Shown here in pieces: positions 38,938 to 52,407 of a stretch of 64,000 bases of DNA; the stretch's first letter is position 1, and each line of letters starts with the position of its first letter. Made by a program: the position numbers and the translations under genes. Source of the stretch: Octopus vulgaris (Eukaryota); NCBI GenBank assembly GCA_951406725.2, contig OX597822.1:45756001-45820000 (forward strand). Reading direction: 5' to 3'. The notes under the pieces were generated by a model. The model saw only the letters and a program-made list of their open reading frames with translations, was not told the origin of the DNA and ran no database searches.

Positions 38938-39279
38938 TATTACCTCCGCTTTAGCAAAGGCGGAGGTGTTGTTTCAGTTGTGTTTGTTTGTCCGTTAACA
39001 AGATATCTCAAGAACCACTGGATGGATTTGGATGAAACTTTCAGGGATGTTTGGCTTAGTGACTGGCATGACCTGATTAGATTTTGGGGTCAATCCAGAC
39101 AAGGATTCTGGATTATTTTTCCTGTTTTTATCTTAATTTTTGAGAGCAGTTGGGTTCATTTTTAGCATTCTCATTTGTGAGAGCAATTGAGTTTATTTCA
39201 GATATTCTCACTTTAAAACTCATCTCTGGCTTATCATTGAGAGGACTTTGGTGGAGGTTTGCACTCTCTGACTGCTCTT
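38938..39279 (+). mobile_element. DINE-1/HINE-like element, copy 2
   Basis: TACCTCCGCTTTagcAAAGGCGGAGGT 5' hairpin; 3' GGTGGAGGT plus GCACTCtctGACTGC. Confidence 0.65.
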
Positions 39280-39909
39280 GTTTTATAGTTGTTTTCTATT
39301 TGAATCAGATCCACTCTTACCTGCTATCTTTTATTTTTTTACTCATTTCAGTCATTAGACTGTGGCCATGCTGGGGCACTGCCTTCAAGAATTTTAGTCA
39401 AATGAATTGACTGCAGTACATTTTTTTTTTTAATAAAACCTGATAATTATTGGATCTCTTCTATCAAACCGCTAAGTTACAGTGACATAAATACACTCAC
39501 TCTAGTATCAGGCAAAGGTGGGAGGCAAGCACATACACACATATGCATATATATACACAACAGGCTTCTTTCAATTTCTGTCTACCAAATCCATTCACAA
39601 GATTATTAGTAGAAAATACCCAAGTTACCACACAGTGGGACTGAATCTGGAACCATGTGATTGGAGAATAAACTTCTTACCACAGTCACACCTGCGACTA
39701 TATAGCAACTCGTAACTTCAGAATCTGTGAATAGTTTCCTGGTTTTCTCTAAGTTTCTAGTTCATTTAACTTAGAGTTTATTGTCTGAAACTATAGTTTC
39801 ATAACTCACATGATTAGTGTATTTATAATCTTATTTCCAGTTTTTCATATTAGTTTTCAATAGTAGTCTCTTCTCTGGAACTAATTTCTAATTTACTCTT
39901 ATTAATTTG

Positions 39910-40715
39910 ATAGTATGTTGCCAACTTAATGTAACAGTCCCATGAAAGGGAAGACTACTACTATTATTTAGCCCTAGGAAACACTGTTTCCTGTTGGCCT
40001 TGACACATTTCTTGTGTCCTTATGTTTTCAAAGGGGAGATAAACACCTCCACCCAGCAAAGCTGGCATCCACAGACTAGTTTCAGAGTCATTGCTCATCA
40101 TCAGTCTGGAGTAGCATGGCTTGCTAGCTGTCGATGCCTATCCACCTTTGAAAACATATATATTTCAAGTGAAATACATTCACTGATTTCGAAAATAGAA
40201 ATAATACATTTCTAGTAAAGATTGCTTGCCAACATAACATGGCAGTCCTGGTCTAGGATGAATGTTGCTGTAATTTAGCCCCAGGAGACATCGTCTCCAG
40301 CTGGCTATACAACATGATCTGTGTCCTTACATTTTTGAACAAGGGAATCTAGCACTCCTACTCAGCTCAAAATTCCCTTGTTCGAAAATGTAAGGACACA
40401 GATCGTGTTGTATAGCCAGCTGGAGACAATGTCTCCTGGGACTAAATTACAGCAACATTAGTCTTAAACCAGGACTGCCATGTTATGTTGGCAAACAATC
40501 TTTACTACAAAGTACTGTTGCTGAATATCTCGTTGTGAGATTTAGAAATAGTAATTTTCTAATACATTTCTAAATCTCTCAGAGAGATTTATACAATAGC
40601 AGCACGATAAAGTGATGGTATGTTGTCAACTTAATGAGACAGTCCCATGAAAGGGAAGAATGCTACTGCTAATTAGCCCTAGGAAACACCGTTTCCTGTT
40701 GGCCTTGACACATTT
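39910..40715. repeat. Cluster of PLE-like termini: direct repeats around a 136-bp-arm hairpin
   Basis: 39910-40010 resembles 40617-40715; 40213-40348 is inverted with 40372-40507; a related copy lies at 47060-47185 in opposite orientation. Confidence 0.8.
40068..40110 (-). ncRNA. Minimal type I hammerhead, intact core
   Basis: TCCAGA-CTGATGA-tGAGcaatgaCTCt-GAAA-CTAG-TC-TGTGGA; GUC triplet, one stem I mismatch. Confidence 0.8.
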
Positions 40716-41187
40716 TCCTCCTAAGCATTTACATTAGTAGCCACACTCCTTTCATACTCTTGCAAACTTCCTGTGCATTTAACCCTTTTCAGTCCTCTGA
40801 ACTGCTTCTCTTCTGTTCACCTAACTGCAACATGAAGGTACTTCCTGATGCCTTTTCACCATATTCTCTCCTTTCCAAACAGGGTGGCCATGTGCCTCAT
40901 CTACTGCAAGACACTCATTTCTGTCCCTCTATCATCACCTGGTATATAGCCACCTCCTACAATATGGCACCCCTGCCTCAGTTGAGTGGGGTTTGTCTTG
41001 TGAACCACATGGTGAGTTCACTAGTGGTAGATGCCACATAAAAAGCAGGCAGTACATTCTGTGAAGTGGTTGGCTTCAGGGAGGGCTGTAGAAACCATAC
41101 TAAAGCTGATATTGGAGCTTGGCGCAGTCCTCTGGCTCATGTGCTTTTGCCAATCCATCCAGCCTATACAGACATGGGAAACACGTA

Positions 41188-41394
41188 TTAACACTTTAGC
41201 ATTGAAACTGGCCACATTTGGCCCAAATATTCTATTTGATTTTTTTTTTTTTTGTTCAAACTGGCCATGTCCAACTTTTTACATCTACCCTACATTATCA
41301 TTCTAAAAATAAACTTTCACATCATTGAAATCTCAAAGCAATGGGTATAGATAAGAATTACATTTGAGAAAATAATCTGAATGCTAAAGGGTGA
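41188..41394. mobile_element. Second piggyBac-type MITE family
   Basis: TTAA-CACTTTAGCATT ... AATGCTAAAGGG-TGAA; related pieces at 19246-19480, 22577-22650, 44641-44857 and 62320-62487. Confidence 0.65.
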
Positions 41395-43590
41395 AATGAT
41401 GATGATGATGAAGATGATGCTCTGCTTTTGGTGTCAATATCTCAATTAAGATTTCCAGTTTTTGTTCTTAATGTAGCTTTGGTACATTTCTCTAACCCAT
41501 ATGTCTAAAGCTTTGCTGATGTCAGAAGGCAACAACGTTGTTTTATCTAAAGAGCAAGAAGCCATTGGTGATTGACCTAGGAAAGTATGTCTCTCATCAT
41601 CATCATTGTCTGTTTTCCATGCTGGCATGGGTTGGACAGCTTGACTGAGGACTGGTGAGCCAGTAGGCAGCACCAGGCTTCAGTCTGTTCTGGCAACATT
41701 TCTACAGCTGGACACCCTTCCTAATGCCAACCAGTCCAAGAGTGTAGTGGGTACTTTTTACATGCCACCAGCACAGAAGCCAGTCAGGTGGCACTGGCAT
41801 CGACCACATTCGGACAGTGCTTTTTACATGCTACCAGAATAGGAGCCAGTTGGGGAGGATGGGAGATACTGGCATCGACCATGTTTGGATGGTGCTTTTT
41901 ATATGCCACCGGCACAGGAGCCAGTCAGGGGGTGAGGTGGGGGCACTGGCATCAACCACATTCAGATGGTGCTTTTTACATGCCACCAACACTATGGTAT
42001 TTATTGATTCATGTCCCTTTACACCAAGATTGGCTTAGCCATTCATTAATTGCAGTACCAGTATAAATTACTGGGGTTGAGATAGACAAATAGCTACAAA
42101 GTCTCTGCTGTAGTGAAAATGGTACACCCTTCCCATTTGGCAAAGTTAGTCAGTCATTTGTAGTAACAGTCATTGTATGAGTTCTCAGTTGGAGTTAGCG
42201 TCAATTACGTGATATATATGGGCTTGAGTTACCGTCAAGCTAGAAGGTCCAAATATTATTGTCTTAAGGAGCTATCAGCAACAACATGACAGAAGAGGAA
42301 GAGATAATCAGACACAGAATAACGCCACAACATAATAGTGACGACAAGAATATTACAGTGCCAACAATGACATACGAAGTGGGTGAGGATCCACATTACA
42401 ACAGTCCCCAGTAGATCATGGCCTTAAAAATAGCCATGCTGGTAGTCACTTAGAAAGGAAAGAGGAACAAGATGAGGAAGGGAGTTAGTGTTAATATGCA
42501 TTTGTGTACAGAAGATCATGTGTGTGTTATGGGTATTAGAGGCTTCCATGTTTTATAGTGACCAACAATTTCAATCCAGCCAGGAATTTTCAGATTTCTT
42601 GAAATGGAATTAGTGTTTATTTGGCTGAAAAATATTGTGTGTGCGTGTGTAACATGGGCTTTTTTCATATATCTGAGTGGTATTTGATTATATTGTCATA
42701 AAAGCTGTTGTGTGTGTAAGGTGTGGGTTTTTTTTTATTTGTGTGATGTTTGGTTCTATTTTTATCAATACCTGTCATTGTGTGTGTGTAGTTGGATAGA
42801 TTATGAGAACATCAGCAAGTTTTAATTTCTAAAATTAATTTAGATTAGTGCTTTCATGGGTGTGGTTGTTTTGACCCAGAAAAAAAAAAAAAAAAAACAA
42901 GCTTCACTGGTGCATGGAGCTTATATTTTTTGAATAAAAAATTTTTATGAGTTTTTTTTCTTTAATCAGTTACACAATTATACTCCCAGCAGAGCATGTT
43001 TGCCTTGATTTTTAACTACTTTGAAAAGTTCACACGGTTTCTGCATTTAATACCCCATGTTAAACAACCAAGTGACATTGAACTTACATAAATTTCATAC
43101 AATCTACTCTTCACTTAGAGGGTGAGAGAGAGGGGGGGGAAATCATTGAATTTTTCAAAAGTTTAAAATTTAATTTTAGCGTCAGCCTCAACTTACTACA
43201 CAAAAAAAATATTGTCATGTGGAATTAACACAGATACGTCATGGCAAAATCATGAAAATGTTTAGGCATAATCATGTGATCACTCTCTGCCAATCAAATT
43301 CTGTCCTAAACAGACACTAATTTAAGCCGTGTTATCTCTATAAAAACAAGAGAATTAATAAAATCCAGTCAGAAGCAAGACAATTCCAGCATAACCTCAA
43401 GTCTTTGTAGTTCACTTAACATTTCAAGATCAAAGAAATCTTTAAAATAAAACATCTAAAACTTCCCAGTGCATTTTCAACTTCTTTTATTTATTTATAT
43501 ATATATATTTATTTATATATATATATATATATTGAAACAAGTAAAAGAGTATATATATATGTATATATATATATTGAAACAAGTAAAAGA

Positions 43591-43622
<32 letters not shown>

Positions 43623-46600
43623 TCTTTTACTTGTTTCAGTCATTTGACTGCAGCCATGCTGGAGCACCACCTTTAGTCGAGCAAATGAACCCCGGGACAT
43701 ATTCTTTGTAAGCCTAGTACTTATTCCATCAGACTCTTGCCGAACCGCTAAGTTACAGGGACGTATATGCACCAACATCAGTTGTCAAGCAATGTGGGGA
43801 GGTGGGGCAAACACACACACATATATATGACGGGCTTCTTTCAGTTTTCGTCTACCAAATCCAATCACAAAGCTTCGGTTGGCCCGTGGCTATAGTAAAA
43901 GACACTTGCCCAAGGTACCACACACCCACTCCTGCACCTATATACGTACATATATTTCTTTTATATCAGTTGTCCATAGACAAAATTATAACTCCACGGC
44001 ATAATATTTTTCTGTGTAAAACACCATGAGCTGGATGCAAGCCCACACTGACTGGTTTTTATTTCAGACATTTCCTTCTCTTAGATGGTTGTCTTTACCA
44101 TGACTGGTGAGCAGCATCTACCCTTGACTATATTAGATGACTGTTTGACTCTTATGAGTTCTTTCACCCTTTGACCGATCTTGTTTTTCATTCTGCCGGG
44201 TGTCCAAAAGTCACCCTCCTCATCAATGACCCAGCCATTCTGCTAGTTGTACAGGGCTACATGTTACCAGCAACACAAATGCAACCTGATATGATATGTC
44301 ATGATGTGTGTGTGTGAGTGTGTGATTCTCCTAAAATATAGCAAGACATTTGTTACATTTTGGAAATCATATGGTGTTTGTTTAGCAGCAACACAGTTTC
44401 TTGTTCTTCATCCTTAGGTGATACACCCAGACTCAGCTTTGAATAAATAATGTTATTCCTCTCCAACTAACACCAAGCAGTGCTGAGTACTTTTTTTTTT
44501 ACTTAATTACCTTTCCTTCCAGTGTAAAACCAACTTCTATCCATTATGTATGCATGTGTGTATATGCAAACACACACATACACACAGGCTGTGCCAGGCA
44601 ACCTTATGCTGAAAGGGAATCTCATAACCTGATTCCTCTTTAATCTTTTAGCTTTTAAACCAGCCATATCCAGCCCAGATATTCTACCTATTTTACATGC
44701 AAACCAGCCAGGTCCCATCTCTCACATCTACCCTACATTCTACAAGTACACAGCCACATCATCAAAATCTCAAAGATACAAAATAATACACAGTTAAATG
44801 AAAACAATGAATAAATAAACATCACATTTGACAGAGTAATGTGAATGCTTAAGGGTTCTGAAGGGTTCAACTATTTACATTAAAGAGACAGGTTCTTAAA
44901 CAAAACTGCTCTCAGTCCCAATGCTGCCACTGAAGTGGCTGCATGCTAGGATCAAATGGTCCTTATCAGTGCAACCCACCATACCCATGACAATAGCTCT
45001 TAATAAACCCTTGGCATGGTAGGTCTGGTAGCTTGTTTTCCCCTCCCCTTCCCAGTGTCACTCAAGGTACAGCTGTCTAAGGGGTTAAAATCAAGACAGT
45101 GAGATGATCACATGATGTTGGAGAGGATTACATAATTGCATAGTGGGTTTTGCTGGATATGAACTTGTCTTTTGTCATTATATAGGACTTGTACCTGATA
45201 TTTTTGTGCCCTACATATTTTATAGTGGGCCCTACCACTGTGCTTCTTAGCAATGGCCTTCATCAACTCATCAGTGTTGTTGTTGATAATGTCTTAACTG
45301 CATCTGACTACTGAGAATAACACAACCCCCACCAGAGGCCTCCATATATTTCCTGACCCTGAACACAAAGGATCATGTCACATTAAAAAAGCTGGTGAAC
45401 TACAAGTCGCTTGTCACTTTCTGTGTCAGATCAGGCTCTACCATGTCAACGCTGTTACTACCTGAGAGACAAATGAGTTACTAATTGCTACATGCCAGGT
45501 AAGATTACAGTGGATTGTCTATGAACTGTTAAAGCTGTGCTCACATGTATCTAGCACAGCTTGTATTATGATGAAGGACATTCTGGAATAACATAATTAC
45601 ACAGAAACCTTTCAGTGTTCCATAAATAACATTGTAATACATTTGTAAACATGGCATTATCAATTGTTATTAAATAGTTATAGCTGTCATTAAGCTGTTC
45701 CATGAACCAATGCAGATTATTATAAGTATTAAAGCTGTCATTTGTGACAGCACAAATGTTTTGTGCTTGTATATTATTGCGTCCTGTTGTATTTGACAAG
45801 TGGTATGCACTATGATACTTATGAATTGTTGGTCACAGCTTGTTTTGGCTAAGATCAAAGTGTAATGTCTCACTATTAAATATTGTTTTACTGTACAAGT
45901 GCTAAGCCTTTGTGTAAGAAATTTATTGATGTTTTTACATTCCTCATTTTGAACATATGCTCCATACTTTTTAATTAATAAAATTATCATAATTTTTGCC
46001 GATACATGTGTGTGTGTAGTTCATTGTGTTGTTTGTTGAATTGGTCATCAAGGTTTTTGGGTTAACAAGGTAACCAATGGTTTCATGTGAAAAGGTCTTC
46101 ACAATTGTTCAAGCATACTTCATGAAAGTGTTGATACTCATCTCCATTTTGAATGAGAATACTTTCTCTCTCTATGTGTGTGTGTGTTTGTGCATATGTG
46201 TGTGTGTATTTATAGGTATGGGATCTTGGACGAGTGTCTTCTACTATAACCCCAAACCAATCAAAGTTTTTTGAGTGGGTTTGGTTGATAAAAACTGCAA
46301 GACACCCGGTGTGTGTGTGTGATGTATATGTATATACATGTATATTTGTATTTTCTTGTTTTGACATTGTGTAATAGGTGTAAGCATGTATCAATGTCAT
46401 ATAAGTGATATCATTCGTCTGTTTTCGTAGATTAGTATGTAAAAACATGGCATTTGTTTATCAGCTGTCCTTGTCACTTGTTTACCAGTAGTCTTGTTAT
46501 TGTTGGCTGACTGTTATTAATTAGGGTTTTAAACCGATAGAGAAGATCTAGAGTGTATCCACAGGATGAAATAATCACCCATGTAGGGTTTTCAGTTGGT

Positions 46601-48707
46601 GAGTAGGTATTTGTCCAATTCCCAGTACAATATAGTTAAAAAAGGCTTCAGGAACTTGAAAGTATTCCCTTATCGATTAAAGTAACTGAGTGTTTGAAAG
46701 CCAATACCCAGTAGTTTTAATCAGTAACAGAATAGAATGTGCTCTTCTATAGGCATCAACATCATCATTATTGAACTTTCGTTTTCCATGCTGGCATGGG
46801 TTGAACAGTTCAACAGGCGCTAGCAGACCAAAACTGTACTAAACTTTGGTGTCTGCTTTGGTATAGTTTCTATGGCTCACTACCCTTTTAAATATAAACT
46901 GGATGTGTATATCATTGAATCATCATCATTTAACATGTGTTGTCCATGCTGGCATGGATTGGACGGTTTGACAAGGGCTAGCAAGTTGGAAGGCTGCACC
47001 AGACTCCAGTCTGTTTTGGTATGGTTTCCACAGCTGGATGCCCTTCCTAATGCCAACCACTTTGAAAACATAAGGACACAAAAAATGTGTCATGGCCAAC
47101 TGGAAATGGTGTTTCCTAGTGCTAAATAGCAGTAGCATTATTCCCTTTCATGGGACTGCCACATTAAGTCGGCAACATACCATCTTATTCTTTGTAAGCC
47201 CAGTACTTATTCCATCAATTCTTTTGCCAAGCCACTAAGTTACAGAGATATAAACATACCAACATCGGTTGTCAAGCGATGGTGAGGGTTAAACACAGAC
47301 ACATAAATATATGTATGTATATATATGAAGAGTTTTCAACTAGCAATAACCACACCTTGGGTATACCTCATTGGCCATGGTACCGCCTCACCCATGAAGA
47401 CATGGGATGAGGTGATGAAGTATGACCTTTGAACATTGGGCCTCACAGAGACAATGACCGGAGATCAAGTCTTTTGGAGATATGCTGTGATTGAGAAGAC
47501 CTGGCAACTAAACTGAGATTGCAACCATGCATGTTCGGCCCAGTTAAGAGTATCCCTGATGCATTGGGCAATATGATATGCTTGAGAAGACCTGTTGAGT
47601 CAAGTAAAACCAATATCATAGCTGTAGCCAGTGCCCCCTGACTAGCTCCCATGCCAGTGGCACATAAAAAGCACCATCCGTACCTGGCTGTACCCCCTGA
47701 CTGGCTCCTGTACTGATGGTACATAAAAAAGCACCATCTGTACGTGGCCAATGCCAGTACCCCCGACTGGCTCCTGTACGGATGGTGCTTTTTACGATGC
47801 CAGTAGCACATAAAAAGCACTATCTGAACATGATCGATGCCAGGCCCACCTGATTGGCTCCTGTGCCAGTAGCACATAAAAAGCACCCTCTACACTTGCA
47901 GAGTGGTTGGCGCTAGAAAGGGCATCCAGCTGTAGAAACATTGCCAGATCAGATTGGAGTCTGGTGCTTCACAACCTCATTGCATGTCTTCCTGGGTCTA
48001 CCTGTACCATAGGTTCCTTCCACAGCCAGGGAGTGGCACTTCTTCACACAGCTGTCCTCATCCATAATACATGACCATACCAGCACAGTCATCTCTCTTG
48101 CACACCACATTTGATGCTTCTTAAGCCCAATTTTTCTCTCAGGGTGCTTATACTCTGTCATGTATGCACACTGACATTACACATGCAGTGAATCATACTA
48201 GCTTCATTTCTTTCAAGCCTACTATATGGCAGGCTTCTTTCAGTTTCCATCTGGCTTTGGTCGGCCTAAGTCTATAGTAGAAGATTCTTGCCCAAGGTGC
48301 CACGCAGTGGGACTGAACCCAGAACCATGTGGTTGGGAAGCAAGCCTCTTACCACACAGCTACACCTGTGCCTATGGAAAGGAAAGGTCATGCTTTCCTT
48401 TCATGGAAAACTGGAAATGAACAACATCACTTGTGTGATGATGATGTTCATGTACAACTATCACATACACACACATGCCTATACTTATATACGGCAGGCT
48501 TCTTTCAGTTTCTGTCTACCAAATCCAGTTACTGGGATTGAACCAGAACCACAAGGTTAGGAAGCAAACTTCTTCACCACACACCCACACCTACCTATGT
48601 CTGGAAAATGTGTGTTGAGCTTTTTGCTGTTCCCATCCACTAACAATGGTGAACAGGATGAATATCAACACACACTTCTGTGGTGTGAGTGTGTGTGTGT
48701 GTGTGTA

Positions 48708-48763
<56 letters not shown>

Positions 48764-49561
48764 GTTTGCAGCTACTACTGATTTTTTTTCACTCTCTCCT
48801 TTAAATGTGAGTAGCCATAAAGTTCTAACAAGAACCTGCCCTTATCATCCCTTCTCTCATACCTTAACCCTAATCTCCTAACATAAATAGCTGCTCCAGC
48901 CCCTCGGGTTTCATGATCTTGCAACCTCACTATTGCTGGTGACACCAGCAAAACAAAAGCACCCAGTATGCATTGTTAGTTGGTTGGCATTGGGAAGGAT
49001 GTCCAGCCGTAGAAACCACAATATGGCATATACAGGAGCATGATGCAGCTCTTAGACCCATTGGATCCTGTCACATCATCCAACTCATGACAACACGGAA
49101 CATGGACATTAAATGATAATGGTGTCACATAACTGGCACCAGTGCTGGGAGCATGTAAAAAGCACCCATTACACTCTTGGAGTGGTTGGCATTAGGAAGG
49201 GCATCCAGCCATAGAAACCATGCCCAGTCAGATTGGAACCTGGTGCAGCTCTCCAGCTTACCACTTTGCCAAACCATCTAACGCATGCCAGCATGGAAAG
49301 CAGACGCTAAGTGATGATGATGGTGATGTGCTAGCATCATCCTTTTCCATCAGCTTTTGCATGCTGTCATGGTCTCAGGGAAGTTTCCTAAAGCTGTGTT
49401 TTACAGCTGGATGCCCTCCCTTTTACAAGAGATGCTGTGAACTTGCTTTAAATCCAGAATACACTCTGTTATATATGTTTGTATTTGTGTAATATTTGTT
49501 ATCTGCAATGCTGGTGGAGAGAGAATGAACTGTAACAACTCCTTATCTTTTCCATTTGCAG

Positions 49562-49690
49562 TCAATGTTGGCGATGACCCTGAAAAAGTTAAAAGAATGC
49601 TACAATGTACAGAAGGAAATGTCCATGGAGGTGGTACTGGAACGGTGTCTCTTACAATCTACAGGCAAATCTTGTAAAAAATTTGCTGGG
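49562..49690 (+). CDS. Exon of an unidentified host gene (129 nt, phase 0/0)
   Basis: Acceptor CCTTATCTTTTCCATTTGCAG, donor GGG|GTAAGT; the only open frame is SMLAMTLKKLKECYNVQKEMSMEVVLERCLLQSTGKSCKKFAG; non-repetitive sequence. Confidence 0.6.
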
Positions 49691-50065
49691 GTAAGTTATT
49701 TATCTCAATCTTTCTCTCTTGTATGAATGTGTGTGTGTATATCATTGTTTAATATCTGCCGGCAAATGCTTGAATACTTTTTTCAGTTGATCGCTCTCAA
49801 TGCCAGCACACCAGCAATTGACGGGTAATTGGCTAAAGCATTTTCATTTTCTGTTGCGCCTCCATTTTTCTTCTTCTCATTCAGACTAATGTCCTCATTT
49901 TACTTATTTTATACATGTTTTAGGCACAGGTGTGGCTGTGTGGTTTGAAGGTAGCTTCTCAACCACATGGTTTCCAGGTTCAGTCCCACTCTATGGTACC
50001 TTGGGCAAATAGTTTTTTTTACTATAACCCTAGGTTGACCAAAGCCTTGTGAATGGATTTGGTAA

Positions 50066-50332
50066 ATTTTTTTTTAAATCGTTGACTCATCGTAGACATT
50101 TTTAGAGAGTTACTTCCCTTATATTAAAAAAATATGCATTAAAATGGAAAAAAATGATGGTAAATTATTTTTAAAATCGTAGACTCATCATAGACGCGTG
50201 CTAATACCCAGAAAGGCTTGATATGAATCACGACTATAAGATACCCAGTTTTGGTTAACCGCAAAATGTGGGAGTAGTTAGGAATCTAAATCAGAGTAGA
50301 TAGACACACAACCTTTCTTTTATATATAAAGA
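50066..50332 (-). mobile_element. Non-autonomous Helitron-like 5' end
   Basis: Minus strand begins A|TCTTTATATATAAAAG, a typical Helitron 5'-TC terminus; it truncates a SINE. Confidence 0.5.
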
Positions 50333-50883
50333 TAAGAAAATAATGGCAGGATTGGCAGTTTAAAGCCTGGTTTATGTTTTAAAATTTTTTTTTCTGGTTT
50401 CTTTCTTGCTTTATTTTTATTGTTTTGCAAGTTACTTTTCATTTAACACACTCTTGTGAACTGGTTATGTTCACCACCGCCCCACCACCACCACCACCAC
50501 CACCACCACCACCACCACTACTACTACTACTACTTTTGTCACCACCCCACTACCACTACTTCCTCCCATACACACTTCAAGTGAAACTATTATGAACTTT
50601 CTGAAGCAACTTACACACATATATGAGAATAAGAAGTGTTTCTGTGTGTGTATGATCATCAGTTAACATCCATATTCCATGCTGAATGTGTGTATGTATA
50701 CATATATGCATACATACTCATTTATAATCCTGGTTGTGTGGTAAGAAGCTTGCCTCCCAACCACTTGGTTCCAGGTTCAATCCCACTGCACTGCACTTTG
50801 TGCAAGTATCTTTTACTATAGCCTCAGGCTGACCAAAGCCTTATGAGTGGATTTGGTTGACAGAAACTAAAAGAAGCCCATTG

Positions 50884-50926
<43 letters not shown>

Positions 50927-51769
50927 ATATGTCTGTGTGTCTATATATACATGTGTATACATACATACATATTTATAGTCATGGCTGTGTGGTAAAATGT
51001 TTGCCTCCCAACCAAATGGTTCTAGGTTCAGTCCCACTGCGTGGCACCTTGAGCAAGTGTCTTCTCCTATAGCCTCAAGCCGACCAAAGCCTAGTGAGTG
51101 GATTTGGTAGACGGAAACTGAAAGAAGCCCGTTGCATATATGTGTGTGTGTATATATATATGTATGTGTGTGTGTGTGTGTCTGTGTTTGTGCCCACAAC
51201 CATTGGTGTGTTTACGTCCCCGTAACTTTATGGTTTGGCAAAAGGGACCGACAGTGTAAGTGCTTACAAAGAATAAGTCCTTAGGTTGATTTGTTCAACT
51301 AAAGGTGGTGCTTCAAATGACTGAAACAAACAAAAGAATAAAACCCTTCAAGGTGGTGCTCCAGCATGGCTGCAGTCAACTGACTAAAACAAAAGACTAA
51401 ATATGCATGTATCTATATATGTATGTGTGTGTCCATTATATTCACCTCTCTTATGGACTTGCTGTGCTAAAGACACAATGTATGTCATCCCAGCAGAAGC
51501 AACTAACAAGAGTAACAGAGGCATTTCAACCTTGTTGCACTTTATCAATGGCATGTCCTCACAATCAGCCAAAAATCTGTTAAATATTCTAGTGAATGTT
51601 TTATTTACTATTTCTTATGTATCAGAGACAACAAATTACATCTAAGCACATGCCTGGCTGTAAATACATGCCATTAATAAGGACCAACTAGGTTGAAATG
51701 TATCTGGTGTTCTTGCTAGCTGCTGCAGGGATCCTGGAATAGCTTCTTTTTTTTTTTTTGTCTCCGATG

Positions 51770-52370
51770 AACACTATATTTGTTGTACGTACTTCTCAAG
51801 ATTTTTGCTCACTGTTCCCAGGGCTCCGACAATTATTGGTACTACTGCTACTTTTTTCATCAATCACAACTGCTTAACCTCCCAAGCTAACCTGTCATAT
51901 CTATCAACTTTTCTTTCTTCTTTATCGCATACCTTGTTGTCAGCTGGGCATGCTATATCTCTGATCCAGCATAGTTTGTTTTCTTTCTCAATTAAACTAT
52001 ATCTGGCTTCCTATTCTCTATCTCTTGGTCATACTGAATCATAAAATCCCATAGAAGCTTTGCATTTCTATTTTCGACAATGCCTTCAGGTTTGTGGTCG
52101 TACCAATTTTTTACTCTGTTAAGTCCATACTTGTTGCAAAGTGTCCAATGGACAAGCCTGGCTATATTGTTGTGGCATTTCTTATATTCCTTCTGGGCTA
52201 GTGGCATACATTGACTGGTAATATGCCATACGGTTTCACCGTTTTGTCCACAGATTCTGCACTTATCACTTTCTGCTGTGTTGTCTATTCCGTATTTTAT
52301 GTAGTTTGTTCTTAACGCTTGCTCTTGGGCAGCACAGATTAGAGTCTCCGTTTTTTGGTTTTAAATCACT
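51770..52370 (-). pseudogene. R4/Dong-clade non-LTR retrotransposon C-terminus (CCHC knuckle plus RLE nuclease)
   Basis: ICAAQEQALRTNY...CRICGQNGETVWHITSQC...HNNIARLVHW...LLWDFMIQ...RKPDIV...DIACP...VPIIVGALG; 5' junction in (TAA)n. Confidence 0.85.
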
Positions 52371-52372
52371 AA

Positions 52373-52407
<35 letters not shown>

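Noticed and set aside
45430-45498. Exon candidate with CAG|GTAAGA donor
   Set aside because: Stops in all three frames; could only be a UTR exon, which is untestable here.
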